Counted from the first letter of the whole stretch, positions 36,686-50,194 are shown. The stretch is DNA of 63,700 bases, filler included, from Calcarisporiella thermophila CBS 279.70 (GCF_041956535.1; 11 parts of 10 records of this genome joined end to end with filler, not necessarily neighbours in it), one strand, 5' to 3'. Made by a program: numbers and translations. The notes: generated from the letters alone by a model not told the origin.

Positions 36686-37090
36686 TACACTGGCCTTAAA
36701 AATTGAGCCCACGAAGGTATATTTTTGACTATTAGTTCTTATAATTTGCTCTACCTTAAAAATATCAATTGGCGATACACAGTGACGATAGCTCTACCCT
36801 TGCACTAAAAAAATTACTACATGGGTTCTAATATAAATCCCTTATACAAGGGTTATGAATCTGAATTATGCACCCATCATTCTCACAATTTTTGCGCCGA
36901 ACCGCTATAAAAATTTTATTGTTCATTTTCACAAAAAATTAACAATCTTTAGCTAAATCAATTGTTATTGTAGGGTTAGGCTTTATGGCAGTTTATTGAG
37001 GACGATGTATATGTTGTGGGGGATGTAGACAAGGAACAATCACAGCAATTGAGCTGAAAAAGGGATAAAGGGGCAATTTCAATGAGGTTT
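36686..37090. mobile_element. Tc1 terminus inserted at TA within gag
   Basis: TACACTGGCCTTAAAAATTGAGCCCA matches the reverse complement of the TIR at 24757-24782. Confidence 0.8.
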
Positions 37091-39014
37091 NNNNNNNNNN
37101 NNNNNNNNNNNNNNNNNNNNNNNNNNNNNNNNNNTTAATTAATTAANNNNNNNNNNNNNNNNNNNNNNNNNNNNNNNNNNNNNNNNNNNNGGTTTATAGC
37201 TCACTTAACGCCTATTCGAATCCTAATACCTAATGCGCCAAACTGAAACAGCTGATGGAGAGTCGTCAAAGGAAAAAAATCGCGTTTTTATAGAGTGGTT
37301 TTTGATGATTTTACAATAGAAAACAGCTATTTTTATGCAATTTAACGTATTTCCAAACCTGGAGTTAAGGTTGAGAGTCCGATATTCAATCAGCGGTCAG
37401 AGTGAAAGATTATTGGGGGAGAGAGGATTAGTTACTTAAGTATATAAGACTCATGGTTTCAATTGGAACTGGAATGGATAGGATTGGGATATTTCTAATT
37501 GGGTCCTAATTTTTGCCAAGTGGCTTGGCGATCGGGGAATTTTTCGCATCGACTGAGAATTAAAGAATCGAATTGTGAAGCAGGGGGATGAACCGGAAGT
37601 CTTTACAACATTAATGTGATTAAATAAATTTAAACAAACGGTACACAAAAAGGAATACAGACCAAATGAAAAGTCTGAAACTTGAAGAAAAGAATAATAA
37701 AGTTTAGAGTCAAAGCAATAGGAAGAAAGCTATGACATCCTGTATATATTTACGAAATGGGTGAATTTAAAATCGATTAAAACAAAAAGTGGTAGAATAA
37801 ATAAAATAGACTTCTATTTCAGACTCCAATGCGAATGTGATTAACTTTTATTCCAGTAGAAGAGCATTTAGCTCCTTGTATTATAGAGTATTGATATATA
37901 TACAGTAGATATTTAAATTGGAAGCAATCTCTGTGCCAAAAAATTGGGTGATAAAAATAAAATTATTGCTTCACGTAGGATATGCTATGAGCAAACTAGT
38001 ATAATCAATCTAAATAACTAGAGGGTTATCCATATAAGATGCTAGCTGTAAATAGATAAGTCGCCACCAATCTAGTATGTTTTTAATTATTTGAAAATCA
38101 TTTAAAAGACGAGGAAGGATACCATCGATTTATAAAAAAAAACCGTATATCGGTGTGAAATAATAGTAGTGATGTGGAATCCAATGAGTGTGGCGTTTAT
38201 AAATAATAAAAAGATTTATAGATATTTAGTAAGACTTGGAGCCGGAAAAATGCATGTTTTCAGTATTTCAATTTCTCGTTTTAAATCCAATACTGTAAAT
38301 ATAAAACCAACGAAAAGAAAACATTTGATCAAAACAAAGCCGTATTAAACTTTGCAATGATTTCTAGAAAGAGAAAGGAAAATATCATATACAGTTATAA
38401 CAACGTTTGAATTTATGAAGGCATTACTGTATTCATCACAATGAAAAGTTTTTTTTTTACTTGTCATCCCCAATACTTAAGTCATCTATTGTATGCTTCA
38501 TACCAACTGGAAAAAGAAAACTGAAAAGTCAACTGAGTCTATCTGGATTTGCACAGTGTGTTATGTAGAGGATTAAGAGATTTGTCGGTAGTGTAGGAAA
38601 GATGGTGGGGTGAAAATCACTGATTAATTCCTTAACTGTAATGATGCACACGCACGATGGTTTTTTTTTTTCAATATTTCGCTGTCGGAAATCTTTAAAT
38701 ATTGCCACCAAAAATGTGCTAAAATAGGAATTTCTCATTATTTGGAATGCAGCCTCCAGTTAGACACTGTGTCTCTTGTGAGCTGAACTACTTTTTAATG
38801 CCTTATCAATTATCCCAAATTCCACCAGTAGCTCCATTTAAAGGATGTTTGCTCTATTTAAAATGAACTCGATCTAAATAATTACCATTGTTTTAGTTTT
38901 CCCCTCGAGCTTCTTTAAAACCCCATTTATCTCGAATGGAGAAAATACTTTATATATACAGAATTGCCTCATTAGAATATACTAGGCCTACCATTCAATA
39001 TATTTGTCAAAAGG

Positions 39015-41588
39015 ATGCTCAAACGCGAGAATAAACCTCACTCACAATGCCAGCGAGAATATTTCCAGCGTGTCATGGCGGACCCTGACAAGGCCGAAAG
39101 AATTCGCGAACAACGACGGAAAAGAGATCGCGCCTATTATGCACGCAAGAAACAACGATTGCAAGCAGTTCATTACAAAAAGAAAATGGAAGATGAGGAA
39201 AACATTACAATAGACCCAAATGAGGTATGGTAAAGGGTGTATTAGCATAGTTCTTGAAGATAACCTGGGGATGTGTACACGGCTATTTATAGTTAGCTTA
39301 TTTTATTTATTTTCATTTTATATTACTCAATATCTCTGAAAATAAGCCTCTATCCCTTCAACCCTCATGCGCCGATATTGCTACAAGTGGGACATTAACT
39401 CAAGACTCTACAACGATATCTCAGACGAGTATGCCAGTGATGGATTCTATGCGATTGCAATCGATATTCTATGAAAATTCAGAAACACCCACATTATCTC
39501 GGGTAGATTCCTTAACAAGTTTATGCCGATACCGGGAACTAAAAGTAAAATATTCTTAATATTTGCAGAGAGTATCTCCAATACCCAATAAGTCACCTGA
39601 ACTTTTCTCTGCCTATGCATCGCAAAATGAGTTGGGTGACTGGGAAGAAACCGCTCCAGCAGTAGTGATAGATGGTGCTGAAGAAAATTCGATTGACGCC
39701 GATGCGCCAATAAAGAAAGGGGAGAAAGGTAATTAAACCATCCTATCTGTTTTATTTTCTCGCTACGTAATCATAACTAACTTGAATCCTCTATACTGGA
39801 ATATTCCTGAAGAAAAGTTGCATATGTGTACCGCGACTAATTCCCCGTCCGATGTCGTTCCCGTCCACGCGTCGCAGAGGAATTCTTCGACATCAATTAG
39901 AGAATCTCCTCTAGTGGACATAAGTACGGGTGGGCTGTCTGGAAAAACATGCAAAAGGTATATATCTACTTTGGTTTAAGATTCCAGTAGTTTGTCCTAC
40001 TCCGTCTCATATTGTTGTCCTAGAGGATATTTCTTCATTGAGCCAATAGCCCATTCCTACTTAATTCGCTGACTCTTTTTTTTGTTCATGTATTGTATCC
40101 CATCGATATACAAAGAATTTTAGGCACCTTTTTAAAGTATAAAACCCCACCGTCCATTGCACGCGATCATCGGCGCTGCTTATACTCACCCAACTGGCTA
40201 AATGATGAAGTCATTAACTACTTTTTCGAAGTATTCCGCGATTATTTGGACAATGGTGCGAACGATGTCTTTATTGGGACTGCAGTGATACGGGGGCTAG
40301 CGTATCTCCCTTCCACACCGGCCTCTGCAGGTGCTGAAAGGGATGAGCTCCTTACCATCTTCCCCCACGCATCTTATAAGCGAGCGGTTTTCATCAACAA
40401 TAGGCTAGGAGAAAACCAACATTGGAATGTGTACTATTTTGACAAACAAACAAAGCAGGCTCGATTTTACTGTACCGTTTCTAGCACACCAGACAAGGCC
40501 GACTATCAATTTTATGGGGGTTTTCTTTGTAATGACCTCGGGTGGAGCATGGATAATGGGTGGAGCTACTCTCAAGAAGCAGAGGCCAGCATCAAGCAGA
40601 CGAATGGCTTTGACTGTGGACCACTTGCATGTATGATCTGCGTTGCTCTTTGCACGGGAATTGATCCAGGCCAGCTAACCATGACTGCGGAGAAATTCCG
40701 TCAATTTATGCTGACTGTGGTGGACACGGGGACAATTCAGACTCTACCTTCCCTCGACGTAATCAGGCTTGAATCTTGCAAGCCTGAGCCAGCATCGAGA
40801 GGGACCCTCGCAGGAACAGATGAAATTGACGTAAGTTGAACCACGGACGGAATAGCTGTAGTCCTCTTTTTTATTTTGTCAAGCCCCTACTTATCTTTCC
40901 GAAGTTATACTTACTCTCAAGCCAACTGATTCCTCTTTTTTGTTGAATTTTTTACCATTTATAAAATTGAAAATAGCCAGATGAAATCGCTAACTGGATC
41001 GAAAGGGGTGCTTCCGATTCGCTCGTGTTTTGCAATTGTCGAATGTTTTCAACGTTGGATGAGGGCTTGCTGATGGATACATTTATGAATTTGAGAGGGG
41101 TTGATTGTGAAAGTGATCCAGTTCATAGAGGTCGAAATGTCGCTAAGAAACCCATGCCAGTGCCAAAAGATTGCATTGATATTTCATTATCTTCTTTTCT
41201 TTCCTATCTGGAGCCCTATTTAGAAGACACCCATAATCTTCTCATTCGAGCAATCGTTGATGGCCAAGATAAAGATGGAAAGAGAATGCGCCTGACTTTT
41301 GACGAGTATTATGATATTAACCCCGATAAAGTAAGCTCCACTTCGATTCTCTCTCGTTTGTAAATGTCTATATAAAGCACATGGGTCGACATTAATCTAT
41401 CACGCATTCCTTTTCATAGATTGAGGCTGTTGCAGACATCGACTCGTTCCTTTGGACTGGCCAATTTATTCCCACTAAAGATGATCTTATAATATATCCT
41501 TTGCCTTCTCGTGCGGCCACTCTCACTCAGCACAATCATATTTACGTTAATCTGCAGATGGAGGATAAAAATGAGGAGGTGCGACTTT
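39015..41588 (+). CDS. Multi-exon protein with basic N-terminus and Ulp1-like (C48) cysteine protease domain; probably transposon-associated; 3' end in gap
   Basis: WLNDEVINYF, HWNVYYFD, QTNGFDCG in ORF 40093-40839. Confidence 0.7.
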
Positions 41589-41724
41589 NNNNNNNNNNNN
41601 NNNNNNNNNNNNNNNNNNNNNNNNNNNNNNNNTTAATTAATTAANNNNNNNNNNNNNNNNNNNNNNNNNNNNNNNNNNNNNNNNNNNNCTCCCATATGCT
41701 ATGGAGATGTCATTATATGACATC

Positions 41725-41761
41725 AAGGGTTCGGAGGTTAAATTTTAACCTCCGAACCCTT
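41725..41761. repeat. 37-bp palindrome (perfect 18-bp arms)
   Basis: AAGGGTTCGGAGGTTAAA-T-TTTAACCTCCGAACCCTT. Confidence 0.95.
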
Positions 41762-42716
41762 AGTCTAACTAAATTGGGCGACCCAATAGAAAGAACAAAT
41801 AAGTAAACTCCGTTAATATCATAAATATGGTGAGATTGGGCCTAAAGGCGACCGCAAAGCTTAGCCACAAATTTATATTCTTTGTTAAAAGCTCTATATT
41901 TCAATAACCTCTTTCAGGGGAACAATGAAAATATACTGAAATAAAACTGCAACCCCTACACTATTTTTAGAGGTCATAATATTCTAGCCTAATAAAAAAA
42001 AGTAACTTAACCTTTTACCGTTTCTTGAAATGACTATATTTTTTCAAATTGGATATTTTTTGCTCATTTATTTGTTACTTTTCTCTCTAAGTACACTAAA
42101 CTAGAAAATTATTCAACTTATATCGTTTTTAGAATCATAACTACGGAAATAATTAAAGTAGGTTTTCAAATATATGACAGATTTCATTATTCACAGCACT
42201 ATTTTACTAAAAACTATTTCTACTGTATGTGCAACATTGGCTTGGCTATTTCCGACTCTACTCTCTAACCCCATTACGTCGCATTTGTCGGGGTAGAGTG
42301 CAAAATTTCTCTTTATCCACAACATAGGTTCGTGATCCCTTTTGTATCCACCCTACACATCTATGGATTGCTTCGATACCAATAAATCCTCTTGAGCTAT
42401 GCGCGTCGAAACTACTTACATTGTATGCATCTATATGATAATCCCCTGTCCGGCGTACGAATGCTAATATATGGTCCTCTTGAGATTTATGATGAAAATA
42501 AAACTATATTGGCAATGGGTTGATAAGTTATTTGCTTATAACACTTTTTATCATTCAATCTACATATTGAATATTTAATGTGTATTCACAGATAATATAT
42601 TATACTTGCTTCAACCTCTGCATAGCATTCCTTCTCCTCCATACTCTCTGGTCTACTGCGGAAGCTTGCATTACGATCCACTTGAACAATAGCCTGTAAA
42701 ACATATATTTAAGTCC

Positions 42717-42974
42717 TGTTGGATTTTAATAAGAATATATTGATAAAAAGGAAAGAAGACAGGCAGAAGGGATAACACAACTCAAACACACCAAAGAACT
42801 CAAGAGAGATAGATCACATCCTATATATATGATAGAATAGGATAGGAGATAAAAGAGATAAGGCGTAATAATGATGGTGAGATGCCTGCTTGTATAAATA
42901 TGATATCAATCATCGTAACACAAAAATTATCTAGTCTATTTAAGGCTTAGGTCACGCCTGGTCGTCCTCCAACA
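42717..42974 (-). repeat. Solo LTR (long TGTTGG type)
   Basis: TGTTGGA...TCCAACA; homologous to 45091-45343 and 48671-48914. Confidence 0.85.
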
Positions 42975-42985
42975 CGATTTAATTT

Positions 42986-43306
42986 TCAGCAAGATTTCTT
43001 CACTTCAGCTGTACCATTATTGTTTGAACAGGCATCGAAGAAGTTTTGCTGCAGATTTTCACAATCGGGGTCGTATCCTTGATAAGTGCAATTCCAGCCA
43101 CGAATAGAATACCGCTCACATTGGTAACCATTGTTGGATAATTCTTTAGCCAAACGAGCGCAATATGCTATGTTAAAGCTGTAGCAAATCGATTTGCCAA
43201 CATCTAAGTTGGCGGTGAGACCACAAGGGCCTGCTTCGCTTACGGAAATACAGTTTAATAAAACCACCTGTATCAAAAGCTGCTGAAAGATGGTTGTTTT
43301 TGCCAT
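42986..43306 (-). CDS. Small secreted cysteine-rich protein, 106 aa
   Basis: Signal peptide MAKTTIFQQLLIQVVLLNCISVSEA; 8 Cys in mature part; intronless. Confidence 0.75.
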   Translation of the reverse strand: MAKTTIFQQLLIQVVLLNCISVSEAGPCGLTANLDVGKSICYSFNIAYCARLAKELSNNGYQCERYSIRGWNCTYQGYDPDCENLQQNFFDACSNNNGTAEVKKSC

Positions 43307-44067
43307 GTCGAAACTAAATAAATGCCGTTTTGGATTATCAAAATCAGAAATATGAAAATTTTTATAAAGATTTAAATAATACCTTGTTGAGAGCATTTTA
43401 TGTTAAATGAACGTGGTCCTTATATAGTTAATAAATTCCGTTACGTTAACACTAAAAATTGCAAGTCATTTGACAGTCGGAATTCGATTTGTGACAACAA
43501 TTAATTACTAATTCGGCGACCAAACCATTTCAAATAAAATATTAATGTGCGTTAACTACTTGAGACGTTTCACATCGCTTGGATATAAATAGATCAGGAG
43601 CCGACATAGGTTTGTGTGATTAAGTTTCATTGCATCAAAATTAAAGCAATAATTTTCTGGTAGAGTCGAGTGTATGCAACCTCCGAAGCGAAATGGCCAA
43701 GAAAGCGTCAGTTTTCAGATGATGAGACTAGCTTATAGGCCAAGATGAGCCGTTTCCTGAGGAAAATGCAGCAAAAATAAAATAAGAAAAAAATTAGTTT
43801 ATGGCAAGTTTCTTGTAGAAAGTAAGGCTAGTTGTCTTGCGACCATTCAATGGTTTCAGAGCTGTAATAGGTTTTGATTTCAGTTGCAGAGGGTCCTAAA
43901 ATTAAAATTTGCCAGTAATTGGCAAATCAAGATAAAATTCTAAAAAGTTTAAATATTTTAATGTAATATTTATGGACTCATGAAACACAGGATTGGAGAA
44001 TATAAATACAGTATACCCTCCAACCTGTGCCATCTTTATTAACTACTTTTCTCCTTAGGATTACGCC

Positions 44068-44388
44068 ATGAAGATATTTACTTGTTTAATAACGTTGGCA
44101 CCATGGTTGCTAAGCTTGCAGCTCAGTAGTGCTAGTGTCACCACAGAAGCCTCTAGCTCGTCAAATTGTACTGAGCTTGTAGCGGTAGGGACGACTTGTG
44201 ACTATAATTTAACCTCTTTTTGTATTGGGGAAATATGTTTCCTACCACCTACAATAGTTAAAGGGAAAGTGTACAGACGTACTTGTACAATCCCGGATTG
44301 GTATTGTGAAGATATCGTTTGTTGTTATCCTGATAATCGTTTTAAATGTCAACCAATGGAGCATGGTTGTAGTCGCACCTCTTCCTAA
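44068..44388 (+). CDS. Small secreted cysteine-rich protein, 106 aa
   Basis: Signal peptide; 10 Cys in mature part; TATAAATA ~65 bp upstream. Confidence 0.78.
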   Translation: MKIFTCLITLAPWLLSLQLSSASVTTEASSSSNCTELVAVGTTCDYNLTSFCIGEICFLPPTIVKGKVYRRTCTIPDWYCEDIVCCYPDNRFKCQPMEHGCSRTSS

Positions 44389-44444
44389 TGTCAGGATTTT
44401 AATTTAAAACCTGATTTTACATGCATTTAATTCATACTTGTTTG

Positions 44445-44618
44445 TGTTGGAGGATGATCAGGCGTGACTGATAATCTGAAATTGTCAGTATTTTAATTTA
44501 AACCTGATTTTTACTTGTTTTTGTATAAACTATATTACGATTTCTTGTTATTCTTGAAGAGTTCAGCTATTTTGTCTTTTTTTTTCGTGAAGATCAATAT
44601 ACACATTAAAATCCAACA
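44445..44618 (+). repeat. Solo LTR, short TGTTGG type, following a TGTCAGGA LTR stub (44389-44444)
   Basis: Homology to 23270-23453; stub homologous to the start of the 35943 LTR. Confidence 0.8.
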
Positions 44619-45950
44619 ACTTCCTACTAGGTCGGTCAGTGCTTTTCTGCCTTCTGGAGTTATAGGATTAGGTCTTGGTGGACATCTGTGATTGTCTCGG
44701 GGAACTTTCATGAATTCTATTTGATAACCATCTTCTAATATGTCTCGTATCCACTTTGGGGAATACAATATATTCTGCGCCACGCGTTTTTGAATCTTAT
44801 AGCAACCGTCCTCCCACAGGTACGCGAGGCTCGACCTGTCGGGGACTTGTTCCGTTCTATACCCATTGGACGGGGGAAGCTGCCTTGCTCCACCCGTCTT
44901 TTTTGAGTTTTTTGGCACGATGTTTCGCGTGCGCGGTGAGTCTTGTGCGCTTTCTTTGAGGACGACCTCTTGTTGCTCTGCTTTGCGATTGGACACTCGT
45001 TTTCTCCTCGGACGCGTGAGCTCTCTCAGCAACTTTAGTTTAGTCAAGTCCTCGGGGAGCTTGTCTTCGACAACGACGAATCTAGATTCCTGTTGGAATT
45101 TTAATAAGATTACATTGACAAAAAGGAAGTAAACAGACAGAAGGGATAACACAAATAACACACACCAAACACACCAAAGGAATTCAAAAGAGAGAAAGCA
45201 CATCCTATATATATGATAGAATAGGAGATGATGACTAATAATGATGATAAGATAATTGCTTATACATATTTGTATAAGTATGAAATAACTGTTGTAATTC
45301 AACAACTATTCAGACATAGATCATACCTGGTCGTTCTCCAACAATTCCTCATTCCTCCATAAGCTATCGGCGCTTGGCTCTATTGCTCGATAGGCTTCAA
45401 TTTGCCGGATCTGGTTTATTTTCCCGGTCATATCGAACAATAGAATTTCGATATGACCAGGTAAGGAATCTGATTCCTTACGTCTAAGCCGCGGTTGAAA
45501 AACCTGCCAAACGCTTGCTCTCCTAGCAAATCCCTGATACTCCAGATATCATGCAATAGCAACTCAAGTGGCCTAGTTACCAGAACGACTTGTGTTGCCA
45601 GACCTGACAAGTATAAGTCGTGCTTCTTGGCGGTTTTACTCATGCAAGAGAGTAAGGATGCGTTCATTGGGGGCGCCTCGTACTTCATGTCTTTCTTTGG
45701 ACGGTCCTCGTCCCAGATCACTTGCCTCTCCTTCGAGGTCAGCTAACAATTTTTCGTGTGCTAATCTTTGCTCAAAAAGTCTTGCAAGTTCCTGGGGAGA
45801 CTCCCACCAGTGTCTCTCGTGTATGGGAACTTTTGGGAGTAGTGCATCTTGCTGCTCCCTCACATAATCGCTACCTGACTCACTAAGAAGAATTTCGGAT
45901 TGGAGATCCACCTTAAACGGAAGTAACCAACTCAAAACGGCCAACACTAC
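44619..45950 (-). mobile_element. Degenerate DIRS-like retrotransposon (ORF1 and RT start), interrupted by a solo LTR
   Basis: YEAPPMN...KKHDLYL...TRPLE ORF1 pattern; PVGGRL and WIRDILEDGYQIEF. Confidence 0.7.
45091..45343 (-). repeat. Solo LTR with 5-bp TSD ATTCC
   Basis: TG...CA termini; ATTCC at 45086-45090 and 45344-45348. Confidence 0.92.
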
Positions 45951-46774
45951 AAAAAACCCATCTGGTGAAAACTGCTAGAAAGCGAATAGGAGCATGTAGA
46001 AAAGATGGAGGGGGTTCGCGATTCCCTAAATTTTTACAANNNNNNNNNNNNNNNNNNNNNNNNNNNNNNNNNNNNNNNNNNNNTTAATTAATTAANNNNN
46101 NNNNNNNNNNNNNNNNNNNNNNNNNNNNNNNNNNNNNNNAACTTCTTTTCTTCTATAACTTTATGCACAATTAGTTTTTGGTACCTTAATAACCTTTCGG
46201 CAAATTACTAGCGCTTTGAAAATTTTATTCAAGTTTGTTCTGTTTTGTTAAACTAGTTGTTTAACCAGTTTGTCTATTCAGTTCGTTTAACCAGTTTGTT
46301 TAATCGGTTCGTTCTATTTAGTTTAATTTTGTTATATAAGAAGAGATTCAAGCGTGAGTGAACGGGGAGGCGGATTAGTTTTTTTTTATATTGAGTAATA
46401 GTCTTGAAATTTATTGTCTTATTTTTTTTAAGAAAATCTTTCATTTGTTTTCTTTACGTACAAATATTCACGATAAACCCCAAAACCCACGTAACATGAG
46501 TGTTGTGTGGAAGATTGGGAGGTGTTGAGATAATGTACGTATCCCGCTTATCCGATTACTATCTTAAGTCTTCTACAGTCCTTGATGCAGAACACGCACT
46601 TAAGATAGTGGGAAGTAGACCAAAAATATAGAAAAATAAAGAACTTGAATCCTGTATTTTCTTATTACAAAAGGAACATTATGACTTATATAGTGTTTCT
46701 AACTAAAACTGAGTATAACTAAAATAAGAGAAGAGTTACATTAAAGAGAAACATCGATAAACTTCTGAGATTAC

Positions 46775-48309
46775 TTTTTTGATCAATCTACGGAGACTTT
46801 TATTAGTTTCCGTAGCTTACAAGAGTTTAATGGTTACAATGAAATAAGAAAGGGGGGAATAAAGGGTAAATTAGATGTATATAGTGATCGGGTATTTGGT
46901 GAAAGGTATGAAGTAAAGAGGAGGGGACGAGGGGAAGAGCGGATTGGGAGAGGAAGGGTTGCTTCGTCACTCGGAATAGCTCTATCTCTCGTTTTTTACG
47001 TGCCTTTATCAGTTCACCTCCGATAGCCTCCTCGATGTCCATTTTGGCACGGAGGATGATCGTCTCGGGTGATGCTCGAATGCATTCGAAATGGTAGGCG
47101 ATTCGGTCCCGATGGATTTGCCATAGCACCGAATCGAAGACGATTTGAGCCGCGTGTCTTGCTGTCCTTGGGGCTTCTGGTAGGTCGCCAAGTACGAGGT
47201 TCCTGGGGCTCAGCACCTGAGTGTTTAGGGGGCCTGATATGGTGTTGATACACCTTTCTGTCCAGTGCCACACTGGAGTGAGTTCGAGACATTCGAAGAA
47301 GGTGTGGCGGATGGTGTCCCTCGGAGCGTTACAGCGGGTACATTTCGGGTCATGACCAGGGAATGTCGAGTTTGTAATTACACGCTCTACGAGGATTCGC
47401 CAGCGTAGTGTGCGGTGTTTTGGGAGTGTCGGCCGTTTTTGGATGGAGGTCCAGACCTTTTCCCATTCCTTTGCCGTGGATGCAACCTCTGGCCAGGATT
47501 GGGGCGTCAGCGTTTCTGGTTCCGGAGAGCCATTTCGCTGGAAGTGCCTTCCCTGTCGAGTGGAATATTCCGGGACGGGCGCGCCAGCCAGATGACAAAG
47601 GTGTAGTGGGAAACGAGGAGGCGGATGTTGTCGGGGTATGGCAGAATAGTTCGTGATTTTCTCTACTAGGTCGGGGGGCAGGATAAGGTATCCGTGTTCC
47701 CATTCTAAGAAAAAATCGTTATAGCGACGTTCGCACGCTCTTTTTAGCCTTTCCGTGGGTTGCGCAGAGTATCTACGCTCCATTTCCGATTGTATCGGCA
47801 TGTTCCGCTCCAAAAAGGCTTGTCGCCTGAGTGATCTACATTCTATCCTTCTTCCATTGATGAGGAAGGTTAGAATATCGTTTAGTAGATACGGCGGTGT
47901 TGGCGGTTTCGGCTCCTCAAATTGTCGACCTTGTCTCGTAATTAAAGGGCATTTGTACAAGGGTAAAGACAGTATATCTGGAGTTGAACAGTTGGGTGAT
48001 GCAACCGGGCCGAGCCTAATAAGCCTCACTTGGATGGTCTGGCATTTGTGTGGGCTTATCTGCTGTCGGAAGGTAAATTGGAATGCCGAGGCAGGTAACT
48101 ATCCCCCCTGCTGGAATGTATTCGCATCTGGGGTTTATCGAGGTGCGAGCACTTAGCGTGAGAGCGACCGCTTCCGTTTTGTTGATGTTGACTTTTGCGT
48201 CCGCAGCTCTCGAGTATATGTCGAGGATTTGAAACAGGTGGTCAGCATCTTGTTGGTCTACAACTCCTACGGTCAAATAGTCTGCGTAGGCGAGCGCTTT
48301 GAGGGGTCG
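46775..48309 (-). mobile_element. 5'-truncated, internally deleted LINE (family A) with 16-bp TSD AAACTTCTGAGATTAC
   Basis: LAYADY (RT), KVNINKT, CLGI, zf-RVT; A tail; TSD at 46759-46774 and 48310-48325. Confidence 0.92.
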
Positions 48310-48670
48310 AAACTTCTGAGATTACGAATATCTTATCCTTATTCTTTATACTATCTTATATTCTACGTAACAATGACACAGAACTGTTGCGTCGAATATG
48401 TCTAATAAGGTCTATCCCGACAATCCTCTAGCTATCCCTAAGCTCGTGATTGTCCTTCCTTAAACACTTCAGAAGACTAATAAACGACACAAGATGGTGG
48501 TTTGAAACGTAATCCGGTTCTATCTCAATACCAAAATAGCACACTATATTCTAACTAAAGATATTCTCCCTTTTATACTAAAGATAATGTATCACAAGAA
48601 GGTAAAATATAAAAAATATAAGGTGATTCTGGATAAATATGTTAAACGTATGATAATAAGTATACTGATC

Positions 48671-48914
48671 TGTTGGAACTGATTAAGAGTATATTAATAA
48701 AAGGAAAGAAGACAGATAGAAGGGATAGCATAATAACACACACCACTAGAGAACTCAAAAGAGAGAAAGCACATCCTATATATATGATAGAATAGGAGAT
48801 GATGACTAATAATGATGATAAGATACTTGCTTATACATATTTGTATAAGTATGAAATAACCGTCGTAACACAACAACTATTCAGACTTAGATCATGCCTA
48901 GTCGTTCTCCAACA
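48671..48914 (-). repeat. Solo LTR with 5-bp TSD TGATC
   Basis: TG...CA termini; TGATC on both sides. Confidence 0.92.
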
Positions 48915-48984
48915 TGATCACCCCACAAAGTATCTATCACACCACATCTTAATGAATAAAAAGAAAAGTAAGTCACGAAATCTA

Positions 48985-49975
48985 TTTTTTTTTGGAATTT
49001 ATAAATCTTTATTGAAAAGTATCCTTTTAAGTTAGTATAGTGCCTTGTCAGGAGAAATACTCTCAAAAAAAAATGTCAGGAGAAATACATGTAAGTAGTG
49101 GTTTATCGTATGAATACCATCCTATTTTTCAAGGACGGTATTATACAAGAGAGGAAAAGAATATGGACTAATATAGAAAGAAAAAAAAAAGGAAAACTAG
49201 AATGCGGGTGGTAGGGTATTCGGCAAGGTCGTATTGGAGCTGAGTGTTTTGGTTGAAGGATATTTCGTCTCCTTGGACTTGTATCCAACTTCCCTTACAC
49301 CAAAGCTCTTGGAAATCTTCTTTCTTATCCTTTATGAACGTTGACCACCATTTGGATCTCACGATTTTTTGCATTTCGTGACCTAGTTGTTCAGCGAGCG
49401 CTATTTCACTTGGTTGGGCGTTATCCATTATTATCGATAATCTTGATCGATAGATGATCCAAATTGCTGCATCATGGGCCGTTGACACTACTTCCCGTTG
49501 GTAGCCCATGGTTTTGTAGTCTGTTCCAAATAGTCTGTCTTCCTTGGTTGACTCGTGGACTCTCCCAGAATGCGGCATACGAAGTTGTCTACCGTTTGCC
49601 ATAACTGGTTTATGGCCGGGCATTCCAGGTAGGCATGGCTAATGGTTTCCACTGCGTTGGTTCTGCATCGCTTGCAAATATTAGGTTCTCCTGTCCACTT
49701 ACTAGTGATGATGTTTGTCACCAATCTGTGTTTCAAGAGTTCCATCTTAGTGTCCTATGCTTGGGTTCGCTCGGCCGCTTTTTCCAGTACATCCAAGCTA
49801 CCTCCCAGTTGATGGAATCGCTTGAGGTCTCTTTCCATTCCGGAGTGATATTCTCTCCTTTGCTTCTCTTGTAGAGTCTCCCGATTTTTGTACGGAAGTT
49901 CTTGATCTTTGTGCCAGCTAGCACACATTTACCCAGCGGGAACGTACATTGTCTTTCAATCTGTGGTATACCCTG
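48985..49975 (-). mobile_element. LINE (family B) 3' end, frameshifted
   Basis: CKRC...ETISHAYLEC zf-RVT; poly(A) tail. Confidence 0.88.
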
Positions 49976-50194
49976 NNNNNNNNNNNNNNNNNNNNNNNNN
50001 NNNNNNNNNNNNNNNNNNNTTAATTAATTAANNNNNNNNNNNNNNNNNNNNNNNNNNNNNNNNNNNNNNNNNNNNACCTTTGCAATTTGTGATCCATTGA
50101 ATTTTATGTCCGCCGTATTCGAAGTTAATAAAACTCAGTTTATTCGGTGATTTTAGCCTAAAAAAAATATACAATACATAGACATGCACAATGA

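Noticed and set aside
44535-45305. 256-aa ORF with hydrophobic N-terminus
   Set aside because: Chance read-through of LTR, DIRS and LTR sequence
46250-46325. Degenerate ~12-bp GTTTAACCAGTT repeats
   Set aside because: Short minisatellite with no spacers; not CRISPR-like
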